In this document: positions 8,406 through 17,250 of the stretch, in pieces
Position numbering within the stretch: position 1 is the stretch's first letter
Layout: every line of letters begins with the position of its first letter
Assembly (NCBI GenBank): GCA_017505165.1
Contig: JAFVPU010000217.1
Coordinates: 1-42,624 of the forward strand
Direction: 5' to 3'
Length of the DNA stretch: 42,624 bases
DNA from: Clostridia bacterium
GTDB taxonomy: Bacteria > Bacillota > Clostridia > Christensenellales > UBA1242
The notes under the pieces: generated by a model
Seen by the model: only the letters and a program-made list of their open reading frames with translations
Database searches by the model: none
What the model was told of the DNA's origin: nothing
Translations under genes and position numbers: made by a program

Positions 8406-9725
8406 TTACTGGTTATTGTTCATTGTAACAAGAGCTTCCTCAAGATGAGCAACCATTCCTTTTAGTCTGATATTTTCCATATAAATTTGATTTGTAGTTT
8501 GGAAATCAAACAAATTAGAATATGTAACTGTTGAGGATTTTTTATTCTCTTCTCGTTCTTTATTTATTTTTTCAGCTTCACTTGTTGTCAACCAGATATT
8601 ATCGTATTCTGTCAGTGTTACCAAAGACTCAGATACATTAGCTGGTTTGATACCATATCTCTTTTCAAAGAGCTTTGTGAGCACATCTTTCATATCTTCC
8701 AAATTAGACAATCCAGTATCAACTCCCATGTCTATTGTAAGAAGAATTTTTGAATATTTATCAACCGAAGGGTCTGCTTCTTTGATAAAGATCTGTGGCA
8801 TATAAATCACAACAGACTTATCTGTTGGATCAGACAATTTGTATATTGAAGTATCTGCCAACCTGTTTTTATCAGATTCATAGATTTCTTTTTTCAATCC
8901 AATTATCTGATACAAGTTAGCATATAAATCAATGCCAGCTGCAATCAAATCGAAATAAGGCATAACCTTTTCCAACTTGAACACACCAGCATTAATTGGT
9001 TGATTAGGAATTGGTTCTCCAGAGCTATCAACACGATAACCCAATACTTCAAAATCTGAAATAAACTTAAACCGATAAACCTTATCAATAGTCAAGTTCA
9101 TGTTGATATATCGATCTAATGTTCTCTGAACATAAACTTCTTTAGTTCGTACAACATTAGTCTCTCTATAAACATCACCTGTAACAAGATTTGTCGTTGT
9201 CGTAATTGTGGTGATTGTACCAGCAGTTTCGTCAACAATAGGATCACTGACAACAGAAGTGAATGAAGATTCATCCCAAATATCAACTCCTGCAGATGTG
9301 ATGGTAACGCCATCAGCATCTTCCCAAATAACACCAGGATGAGCTGGAGATATAGTGTCATCATCCAAAACTGCACAATAGACATAATTATCAGATGGAA
9401 CACCAGATATAATAGGAACAATTTCCCATTGACCTACATTAAAACGTTCGTAGTAAACATTTTGTGGAACTTCATCTGCTCTATCGTGCAACTCTTCATC
9501 TAGAACATATTGGTTGTTCACGTATTTATAATACGCTTTACCAGGTTCGAATGTTGCATCAGCAGTTAACCTATATTCAGGATTCAACTGTCTGTATCGC
9601 ATCCGGTACAATCTATCAACAGAATCCCACACTCTCGCTGTATTAATGGTATCTGCACTCAGAAGAGTGTAGGTACCATTAACATTTGGAGTAGGGAATC
9701 CTTTAATGAATATACCCTGAGACAT
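8406..9725 (-). CDS. virion protein (439 aa), possible tail fibre or baseplate component
   Basis: I trimmed ORF track entry 8406-9734 to ATG 9725 (MSQGIFIKG), which has AGGTGAGGA upstream. It overlaps the end of the upstream gene by 23 nt. Contains the LTADATFEPGKAYYKY motif. Confidence 0.6.
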   Translation of the reverse strand: MSQGIFIKGFPTPNVNGTYTLLSADTINTARVWDSVDRLYRMRYRQLNPEYRLTADATFEPGKAYYKYVNNQYVLDEELHDRADEVPQNVYYERFNVGQWEIVPIISGVPSDNYVYCAVLDDDTISPAHPGVIWEDADGVTITSAGVDIWDESSFTSVVSDPIVDETAGTITTITTTTNLVTGDVYRETNVVRTKEVYVQRTLDRYINMNLTIDKVYRFKFISDFEVLGYRVDSSGEPIPNQPINAGVFKLEKVMPYFDLIAAGIDLYANLYQIIGLKKEIYESDKNRLADTSIYKLSDPTDKSVVIYMPQIFIKEADPSVDKYSKILLTIDMGVDTGLSNLEDMKDVLTKLFEKRYGIKPANVSESLVTLTEYDNIWLTTSEAEKINKEREENKKSSTVTYSNLFDFQTTNQIYMENIRLKGMVAHLEEALVTMNNNQ

Positions 9726-11517
9726 GTTCCTCACCTGTAGTTACAATGACATTACCATCGAACACTCCCTCAGCTCCAGCAAGAGTAAGAACGTGGTATT
9801 CGGTTGAATTAGAAACAAAAGAATAATACTCTCGTTTCGAACCAGATCCTAGTTCTTCTCGTGTAAATTCATTGTCAGAAAGAGAGATTGTCTTATCGAT
9901 ACAAGCAGCAACACATCTAGCAAGCGACCAAGCAAATGCTTTTGTTGCAGAAGTCATTGTGTTCCAATCATCTTTTTCAATCACATAGATTCTCTCATAA
10001 ATCACAGGAGAAGTTGGAACTCCATCATTGAGATTATACACAACATCGTTAATTCGTGTGACACCAAATGTGATTGGAATGAATTCATGTTCTGCAAGTG
10101 GATTCTGATAGTAGTATTGCTTGTCGAGAAACACCGAATCATTTGTTGGTTTAAATTCAGTAACTGATCCAACAGAATCCAATGGTTGATAAGTCGGATG
10201 AATAGCAAGAATCGACTTATACAAGTTACTGTCATCAATACCTACAGGCATTGTAATCATGTACATGCCGTGACCAGGTGCTTGAATGATTTCTGCATAA
10301 TCAAACAATTGTTGATCAGTAAATTCATCTCCTGTAAAGATGTTTCTCAGACGAGAATACATGGTTTTATAATTGGAGATGTTCTGTTCAATGACGTTGT
10401 CTCCGAATGATGCACGCTGGTAGTAACATGGAAAAATATAAAAACCAGAATCAACAAAAAGATCTGGTAGTACTTTCTTCCACTCAGATTCATCTGCCAA
10501 CAATGATCCAGTGATACTATTTGTTTCAGCAAGAAGTTTTTCTTTAATTGCAGCACGCATTGCAGCAGACGAAGGAGCTGCACCTTTGTACATAACAACA
10601 AAACCCATCTGTGCATCACTCGATACATTAGCATGAACATATCTGGTTTTGTACACAGATATACCACTATGGTCTCGTGCAGTTATCGCATCATCAAGCA
10701 CAGAATCTTTGTAGTTTGAAGACTGAAGAACAGCTTTAACTTCACTTCCATACAGAACTGGATCCAAGATCCATTCTGGTTTACATGGATAAACTACGTC
10801 CGTTATAGTAGAGAAAGGATAATTGCTTTTGAACTCATCAGTACTCAGCCAAACTTTGATCTCAACTATATCTGTATCGTTCTCACCATACTTGAACTTG
10901 AATTCACACCAATTGTAGAAATCAAGATTATCAGAACTGAGTATAGTTGTATCTGGAACTTTGGTATAACGATAAACGGCACGTTCCGTGATTGTTGTTG
11001 AAAGCTTCAGAGATTCTGGAACATATCCTGCAAATGTTGATCCTGTTGCACCAGTTAGAATAGCTTCAATTGCAGATAAACTTTTAATATGAGCAGTATC
11101 TGTTCTTGCAAAAAATACAGCTTCGACAATATTGAACAGTGCAGCACGTCGAACAACTTTCTCGTTGATAACCGTATCGTTGTCATTTCCAACATCAACA
11201 GTGATAGAAGAAATAAATGCGCGTTCAGTAGATTCTGCAAGACCGAGCTTACTTGCATCGAGATTGAAAAACATTCTACCAACAGCACGCACAGCAACTG
11301 CTCCACCAGTAGATTCATCAACAGATTGACGAGTCGTTCTATTGATTGCTCGTGTCGAGCCAACTGGATCGTTGATAACTGTATGATCATCGAAATAATT
11401 CAACAAGTTGTCATCGAGGATACCGAGTTTATACTTCTGTATATCCTTAACTGGCATAACAGAAGACTGTGCGCTAGTTACAGCAAATGCTTCATCAGAA
11501 AGAAATGAATAAATCAT
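9703..11517 (-). CDS. virion protein (604 aa), function unknown
   Basis: ORF track. GAGGT RBS. First gene of the minus-strand block 5810-11517. Contains the KPTNDSVFLDKQYYYQ motif. Confidence 0.65.
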   Translation of the reverse strand: MIYSFLSDEAFAVTSAQSSVMPVKDIQKYKLGILDDNLLNYFDDHTVINDPVGSTRAINRTTRQSVDESTGGAVAVRAVGRMFFNLDASKLGLAESTERAFISSITVDVGNDNDTVINEKVVRRAALFNIVEAVFFARTDTAHIKSLSAIEAILTGATGSTFAGYVPESLKLSTTITERAVYRYTKVPDTTILSSDNLDFYNWCEFKFKYGENDTDIVEIKVWLSTDEFKSNYPFSTITDVVYPCKPEWILDPVLYGSEVKAVLQSSNYKDSVLDDAITARDHSGISVYKTRYVHANVSSDAQMGFVVMYKGAAPSSAAMRAAIKEKLLAETNSITGSLLADESEWKKVLPDLFVDSGFYIFPCYYQRASFGDNVIEQNISNYKTMYSRLRNIFTGDEFTDQQLFDYAEIIQAPGHGMYMITMPVGIDDSNLYKSILAIHPTYQPLDSVGSVTEFKPTNDSVFLDKQYYYQNPLAEHEFIPITFGVTRINDVVYNLNDGVPTSPVIYERIYVIEKDDWNTMTSATKAFAWSLARCVAACIDKTISLSDNEFTREELGSGSKREYYSFVSNSTEYHVLTLAGAEGVFDGNVIVTTGEEHVSGYIH

Positions 11518-11717
11518 GTAGCGTAACCTCGTAATTTGATTTAAATTTAGGGGAATAATCCCTTATTATACATGTATAGGATGGCATAATTTCAACCACC
11601 ATTATTGTACATTTTATTTATATTTTTTCTGGTATCATCAAATACTCGTAAGACATATATACATATATTACTATCATGAAGCACTTTCAGTAATCTTCAT
11701 GGTAGAAAGGATAAAAG

Positions 11718-12920
11718 ATGTCTTATGAGAAAGAACAGATTAACACAGGCCCACTGACTCGATGTTTTCCTGGTTACTATTCTGAAGTATTGATTCAGAA
11801 TAATACAAGAAACACTATTGTAGTCATAGACTGTAACAACAACAAAACAAACGTTCCTCCAATCAGTGGAAACCACATTGGAAGAGAAATGGTAATCATT
11901 TGGATACGAAAAACTATCAACCCAACTGTAGATACAAATAATAGACCGAATCAAATACCTGGAACAAGAATAAACATCCCATTACACGATCTTAATCGTG
12001 AAGGTGGATTTTACATAGATGAAATCAATATGGTACTTTGTACCGAAGCAACTGCAACAATCGCCTCTCACCCGAAAAGCAGTGTAACATTTGCTGATGC
12101 ATCCGATCAAGCAAGATCTCAAATGATCGAGGCACTTGATAAATCTCCAACGCTAAAATTAACAGCTAATGACCCAGAAGGGAGATACAACAAACTGTTC
12201 ACTACGTTTGGTGATATGCTAGTAGAAATAGAAGTACAGCACATGTATGGAGAAGCAGAAATGCAGATCAATTATTTCTACAAAGATAAGCAGGATTCAT
12301 TTGTGGTTGATCTCGATGAATTTTTCAATGGAGAAGAAGAAACACTTGAGCTTCAAGATCTTCCGATCACTTTCTTAACAACCAACAAAACACGAGCTCT
12401 TCGGTATACTGGGGAATATAAAAGAGTTCCACAGGCTGAAGTAGATGAATTATTGAAGAAAGCTGCAACAAGATCAGCTAAAGAAGTTTCAGCAGTAAAA
12501 GACAAATTCGAAACAGAATTAACTCTTAGAGATTCAGAAACAAAAAGACTCAACGATGCTCTTAAAAACATGACAGCAGAAAGAGATCAGTTAGAATTAA
12601 AACTTAAAGAACTGACTGCTGTTATAAGTGCATCAAATACCATGAAAGAAAAAGAAGTGAAATCTCAAGAGTTAGACAACAAAGCTCATATATCTAACAA
12701 CAATGTTGATATATCACATAACGATGTTAGGACATCTGAAGCAAAACGAGATTCAGCAGAAACAGAATCAAAATACAAACTTTGGCATATTGTCGCAGCA
12801 GCATCAATACCAGTAGCTGGAGCACTGATACTTAAGGTTATAAGTGGATCAACATCGAAACAAATCGTAGCACAAAGTACTACGACATCAAATATCGCAA
12901 ACTTAACATGTCTGTTATAA
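11718..12920 (+). CDS. coiled-coil protein with a C-terminal transmembrane helix (400 aa)
   Basis: ORF track. GAAAGGA RBS. A long heptad-like K/E/L-rich segment (about aa 240-330) is followed by LWHIVAAASIPVAGALILKVI near the C-terminus. Confidence 0.65.
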   Translation: MSYEKEQINTGPLTRCFPGYYSEVLIQNNTRNTIVVIDCNNNKTNVPPISGNHIGREMVIIWIRKTINPTVDTNNRPNQIPGTRINIPLHDLNREGGFYIDEINMVLCTEATATIASHPKSSVTFADASDQARSQMIEALDKSPTLKLTANDPEGRYNKLFTTFGDMLVEIEVQHMYGEAEMQINYFYKDKQDSFVVDLDEFFNGEEETLELQDLPITFLTTNKTRALRYTGEYKRVPQAEVDELLKKAATRSAKEVSAVKDKFETELTLRDSETKRLNDALKNMTAERDQLELKLKELTAVISASNTMKEKEVKSQELDNKAHISNNNVDISHNDVRTSEAKRDSAETESKYKLWHIVAAASIPVAGALILKVISGSTSKQIVAQSTTTSNIANLTCLL

Positions 12921-12932
12921 CAAGGAGGATAC

Positions 12933-14468
12933 ATGCAAGACATATGGAAAAGATTACTATCTGGAGCATCGGATCTTCTTCCTGATTTCAACGACGAATT
13001 ATTGTTGCATTTCAGACCAAGAAAGATTCATCAGATCAGAAATTATCTGAATGACTTATTCAGTGAATCCGTCAAAATGTTTGACGGAAGGTTGAAGTAT
13101 ATTGGTTGGAGAGAACTCTCTCCTGACGAGCGTATTGAATACATCAAAAACAACGCCATCACTAAGAAACGGATTGAAGTTCAGAAGAGTTCGTTTGAAC
13201 TTCTTGAATACGATTTTGAATTTGAAGGAGTGATACACCCTATCTACATTCATGTTCCTTATCTCGATCATGGTGCAGTGTGGTTAAGTGATACACAATA
13301 CTTTCCACTGTTCCCAATCGTAGAACGTGGTGGTTTGCATCGTACAGCACATGATATCATTATCAAAGTGATGAGAGCACCGCTTACGTTCAAAAGAAGC
13401 GAAACTTATACATTCAACACTGACAAAGGAAAACAGTTTAGAGAAACTGTCATTACAGTGAAGATTCACCAACGCAAAAGAGGACGTGGTGGTAAACGTA
13501 CTGATAGAACTCCGTTGTTGTTGTATCACCTTACTCAACAGCCTTTTGATAAAGTGATGCAGATGTATGGTTTTGCTCCTGGTGAAATCACACTTGTCAA
13601 CACATATGAACCTGATGAGAAATTCTCATATATCAAGATCAAAGACAACATTTTCCTGAAAGTTCTTGACACAGCTTTCGGTAATATCAACAAACGTCGC
13701 GTCATTGCAAGTTATCTCACATGTCTCGAAGAGTATCCGAAGTTTGACCTGAGAAACCTGCTTGATACACAGTTGAACTATTACTGGACTGTTCTCGGAA
13801 AATACACATATCCGACGAACACTAACGGATTGTTGCTGTATGATAATGCGAGAAAACATCTTGAAACAACAGATACATTGCTTGATCCTCCAGCACAGTA
13901 CCAGTTGAGTCAGATCGGTATCAATGTGAAAGATATCTACGAACTTCTGTTTGTTGTGTTCTTCAATATTGATAACTGGATCGTCACATACAACCCAACA
14001 AACTTATACGAAAAGAAGATTGGTGCACTTGACCAAATCATGGCACCTCTTGTCACACTCATCAATAACAAATTGTTCCAAATCGTCAACAACAAAGCTG
14101 AAGGTCTCACACAAGAAACTGTGAAACGATTCGCATCTTCTGCAAGTCAGCATGAAAGCTGGCTTATGGGTAACAATGCATTTCGTGCTAATCCTTCTAT
14201 CTGTAACGATTGTTGGATGTTGGCTATTGGTACAAAACGTTTCCGTTCACTTGAGAATACAGAAACAAAAGGAAGCAATGCTTCGCAGAACATGCCTGTG
14301 GCTTTGTTGAAAGCACATCCAAGTCAATTGGTTGTCGAATCATTATTAGCTCTTCCACCGTCAGCTCCAATACGCACGGGAGAAATCTCTGCGTTCATTC
14401 AAATCGATGAAGACGGAAACATCATACCGCCATCGTGGGCGAAGGAACTCGATCATGTCTTTGATTGA
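12933..14468 (+). CDS. putative multisubunit RNA polymerase beta subunit, N-terminal half (511 aa), highly diverged
   Basis: AAGGAGG RBS. Colinear matches by eye to bacterial RpoB: [29 protein letters not shown] ~ [49 protein letters not shown] ~ [32 protein letters not shown] ~ HLGNRRIRSVGEM; KRFRSL ~ KRRISAL; AHPSQ...[24 protein letters not shown] ~ [37 protein letters not shown]. The ORF ends where split beta subunits of jumbo phages end. Confidence 0.6.
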   Translation: [511 protein letters not shown]

Positions 14469-14604
14469 TACAGAACCAGATGAAGGTTTTGTTGAAGTAG
14501 AAAATATCATCGATGCTATCGCTAGTGCTGAAGATGAATTCATCAGAAACTACAACATATATTCCTTATATGAATCGAACCAAGAGTTGGCCACTCTTGA
14601 GTAA
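14455..14604 (+). CDS. small acidic hypothetical protein (49 aa)
   Basis: I trimmed ORF track entry 14407-14604 to ATG 14455, which has GAAGGA 8 nt upstream. It overlaps the RNAP-like gene stop by 14 nt. It is short, so this call is tentative. Confidence 0.4.
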   Translation: MSLIDTEPDEGFVEVENIIDAIASAEDEFIRNYNIYSLYESNQELATLE

Positions 14605-14634
14605 GTAAACATAACTAACGTTAGGAGAAACAAA

Positions 14635-16272
14635 ATGTACAATGGTTATCAGAACCAGGAACTCATGGCTGCAGAAGCTGAGTTCCAGAGACAACTGGGA
14701 AGTCTTGCTGCAACAGGAAGATTCTCTCAGCAACAGATCGCATACATCCAAAGTGTATGGGAACAACAGAAAGCGGTTGCGTATGACGGAGCCAGACAGA
14801 GACTCAACAGTCCTGTCATCGGAAGTGCCCTTACGAACTTCGTTCAGGGGTTCATCAACCTCGTCATCAAACAGATAACTTCTACTGTGCCAATGGGCAA
14901 TCCGTATGGTTACGGAATGGCAGCAGCTGGTCCGTTCATGGGAAATCCTTACGGAGGAATGCCGATGATGCAGATGAGTCCATTCTCACAGCCGTCATAT
15001 CAGCAGATGCAGGGAATCAATTACATGCCCCAGCAGACACCTGAACAGAGTAGTGGAAATCCGTATGCTTCCATACCTCAGCAGCATCCACAGACCACTC
15101 AGCAGACTGTCAAACAGGAACAGAAAGACACTGCACCTGCAAAGACGCTGACCATCAAGAAAGTGGAATATGTTGCACCTACAGTTGAAGACAACGACAC
15201 TGCATATGGAAACGAGGAACACATCACTTCGATCGGTTCCATAAAAGTAATCCCCATGAGGGATTGTATTGGTGCACCATTCAAACAGGTGATGATCAGA
15301 CTTGCACATCCGTGTCGTAACAAAATGGAAGCGATCAATCAAGCACGGTTGCTTTATAAAGACAAAAGTGTGTCTCACATTGATATCCAGTATGATCTTG
15401 CGATCACACTGCCTATCGCATATGACAAGGGAAAGAAAGTCTTCACCTCTCTCAAGAAAGCAATACCGAAAACAGTTGCCGCGGCCAACCAGCTGAAATA
15501 CATTCAAGCTATTCAGAAAGTTCTGGATGATGAAACTCGTGGTGTTGCGAATGTTCTTGAGGACTTCATGGTTGATCGGTTCAATTATGTCGCAGGTGTT
15601 GGGTGTGTTGATTGTGATTATAATGGAGTATTCTCTATTGAATCACTGAGAGCACTCATCAACTTGTCTGATAAAGACACTGCTGACAAAGCATGTCAGG
15701 CATGGCAGGCAAAAGCAGGTTTCATGAACGGTCTGATCAATTGCTGTAACAGCACGATCAAGAATGATATCACAAATTGTGAGATTCTTGACCCGTCAGA
15801 TCCGAAACGATTCATGACTATCATCAAGCACTTCACCGGACTCACTGAATCTGATGAAGGAAAGCTTATCGATGTTGGTCTGGAACTTCTTCCGAAAGCA
15901 GAAGAATTCTGTAAAGCATCTCAGAAAGAAAAAATGACCAACTTCGGAGCAGCTGGTGAAATTGTTGCAGGTTCCACAACGATTCTGTTGAAGAATCAGC
16001 ATCTTGTTCTGACTGATCTGATTCCTGAATCATCTATGGGTCGGATGTCTGACAACTCGCTATGTATTGCAGCTAAAACTCTTATCATTGGTGGTTACAC
16101 CAATGATGAACCGAATGAAATCGATAGCAACTTTGAGTACATGATGCTCAAAGCATCTCTCGGTTCCGAACATTGGGTTGATATTGTTGTCAACTACAAT
16201 CAGGTTCTCATGAGTATGAAAGCTGTTCAGTCTATTGATAAATGGACTGTCATCACACCAACCACATTCTGA
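14635..16272 (+). CDS. hypothetical protein (545 aa) with an N-proximal Q/P/M/G/Y low-complexity domain
   Basis: ORF track. TAGGAGA RBS. Residues about 86-163 contain three GNPY repeats and many Q, P and M residues. The C-terminal roughly 380 aa look globular and Cys-containing. Confidence 0.75.
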   Translation: MYNGYQNQELMAAEAEFQRQLGSLAATGRFSQQQIAYIQSVWEQQKAVAYDGARQRLNSPVIGSALTNFVQGFINLVIKQITSTVPMGNPYGYGMAAAGPFMGNPYGGMPMMQMSPFSQPSYQQMQGINYMPQQTPEQSSGNPYASIPQQHPQTTQQTVKQEQKDTAPAKTLTIKKVEYVAPTVEDNDTAYGNEEHITSIGSIKVIPMRDCIGAPFKQVMIRLAHPCRNKMEAINQARLLYKDKSVSHIDIQYDLAITLPIAYDKGKKVFTSLKKAIPKTVAAANQLKYIQAIQKVLDDETRGVANVLEDFMVDRFNYVAGVGCVDCDYNGVFSIESLRALINLSDKDTADKACQAWQAKAGFMNGLINCCNSTIKNDITNCEILDPSDPKRFMTIIKHFTGLTESDEGKLIDVGLELLPKAEEFCKASQKEKMTNFGAAGEIVAGSTTILLKNQHLVLTDLIPESSMGRMSDNSLCIAAKTLIIGGYTNDEPNEIDSNFEYMMLKASLGSEHWVDIVVNYNQVLMSMKAVQSIDKWTVITPTTF

Positions 16273-16281
16273 AAAGAATAA

Positions 16282-16317
16282 AGTAGATAGAGGAGTGCTA
16301 ACACTCCTCTATCTACT
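16282..16317. terminator. 16-bp perfect hairpin H8 at a convergent junction
   Basis: agtagatagaggagtg-ctaa-cactcctctatctact, followed by atttatttttt on the + strand. Confidence 0.85.
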
Positions 16318-16331
16318 ATTTATTTTTTGAC

Positions 16332-17237
16332 TTAAGCCAAATCACCATTGATACATGATTCAGATTCAAGTGTAACAACAGGACGAATATAGCTTCCAGG
16401 AGTAACTAGTTCTGAACCCCTGAAGCAATGTCCTTTTGCCAACTGAACAAATGCAGCTTCTTTATGAACTGCAGCTGCTGAGTCAGACGTCGGAATCCAC
16501 TCATCTGTAACATCGACATCACATCCAGTGTAGTATCCAATTTCAGACACTTTAGCGTAGTTGGTATCACCGTTATACAAAGCATTGACTGCTTCAATGA
16601 TTTCATCGTGACGAATTTCACACACTCCAGATGCACGAACAATAAGTCGATTCACATTGGTGTCAATACGTCCACCGACCTCATTGATAGCAGGAGTAGC
16701 AGGTTTCAACCACTTTTCATCAAGTGAATATGGTGTTTCCGTACCGTTGATATCTTTTCCAATGATAGAAATCGAAGGATCAAATGAGATAAGTTTCAAA
16801 TAATAACAAGCGTACTCAACACCATTGACTGTTCGTACAACACGAAGACGATATTTTGCACGATCTGAATTAGTGAACTTAGTGGTACCTTCTTCATCAA
16901 CTCGAACACATCGAATCGGAATAGGCATGTACAAGTCCATCATTCGTGCATCGCCAGGATAAGCAACTGACGAATAATCACCAACATTCACAAAACCACG
17001 AACACCAATACCAAAATAAGATAAAGCAGGTGTAGTGGGAGGAACTTCGAGATCAACAACAGATGATCGAAGAATCTGAGCTGATTCATGAGCATACTCT
17101 GAAGTAGAGTATTTATAATTCAAAGTAGTAGTATGCATAGCGTTATATGCCAGATCAGTAAGAGCTTGAAACTGATTCAATGCCCCGAGAACTGTCGTAT
17201 AGACACCAGAACTACGAAGAACTGTTTCTGTAGACAT
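16332..17237 (-). CDS. hypothetical virion-module protein (301 aa)
   Basis: ORF track. AGGAGA RBS. No recognisable motif. Confidence 0.7.
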   Translation of the reverse strand: MSTETVLRSSGVYTTVLGALNQFQALTDLAYNAMHTTTLNYKYSTSEYAHESAQILRSSVVDLEVPPTTPALSYFGIGVRGFVNVGDYSSVAYPGDARMMDLYMPIPIRCVRVDEEGTTKFTNSDRAKYRLRVVRTVNGVEYACYYLKLISFDPSISIIGKDINGTETPYSLDEKWLKPATPAINEVGGRIDTNVNRLIVRASGVCEIRHDEIIEAVNALYNGDTNYAKVSEIGYYTGCDVDVTDEWIPTSDSAAAVHKEAAFVQLAKGHCFRGSELVTPGSYIRPVVTLESESCINGDLA

Positions 17238-17250
17238 TATTTTCTCCTAT

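Noticed and set aside
11664-11671. TATATTAC, also found at 23137-23144, both intergenic. It resembles what I recall as the phiKZ early-promoter core.
   Set aside because: There are only two copies of an AT-rich 8-mer in an AT-rich genome. My recollection of the phiKZ consensus is uncertain. The other upstream regions lack it.
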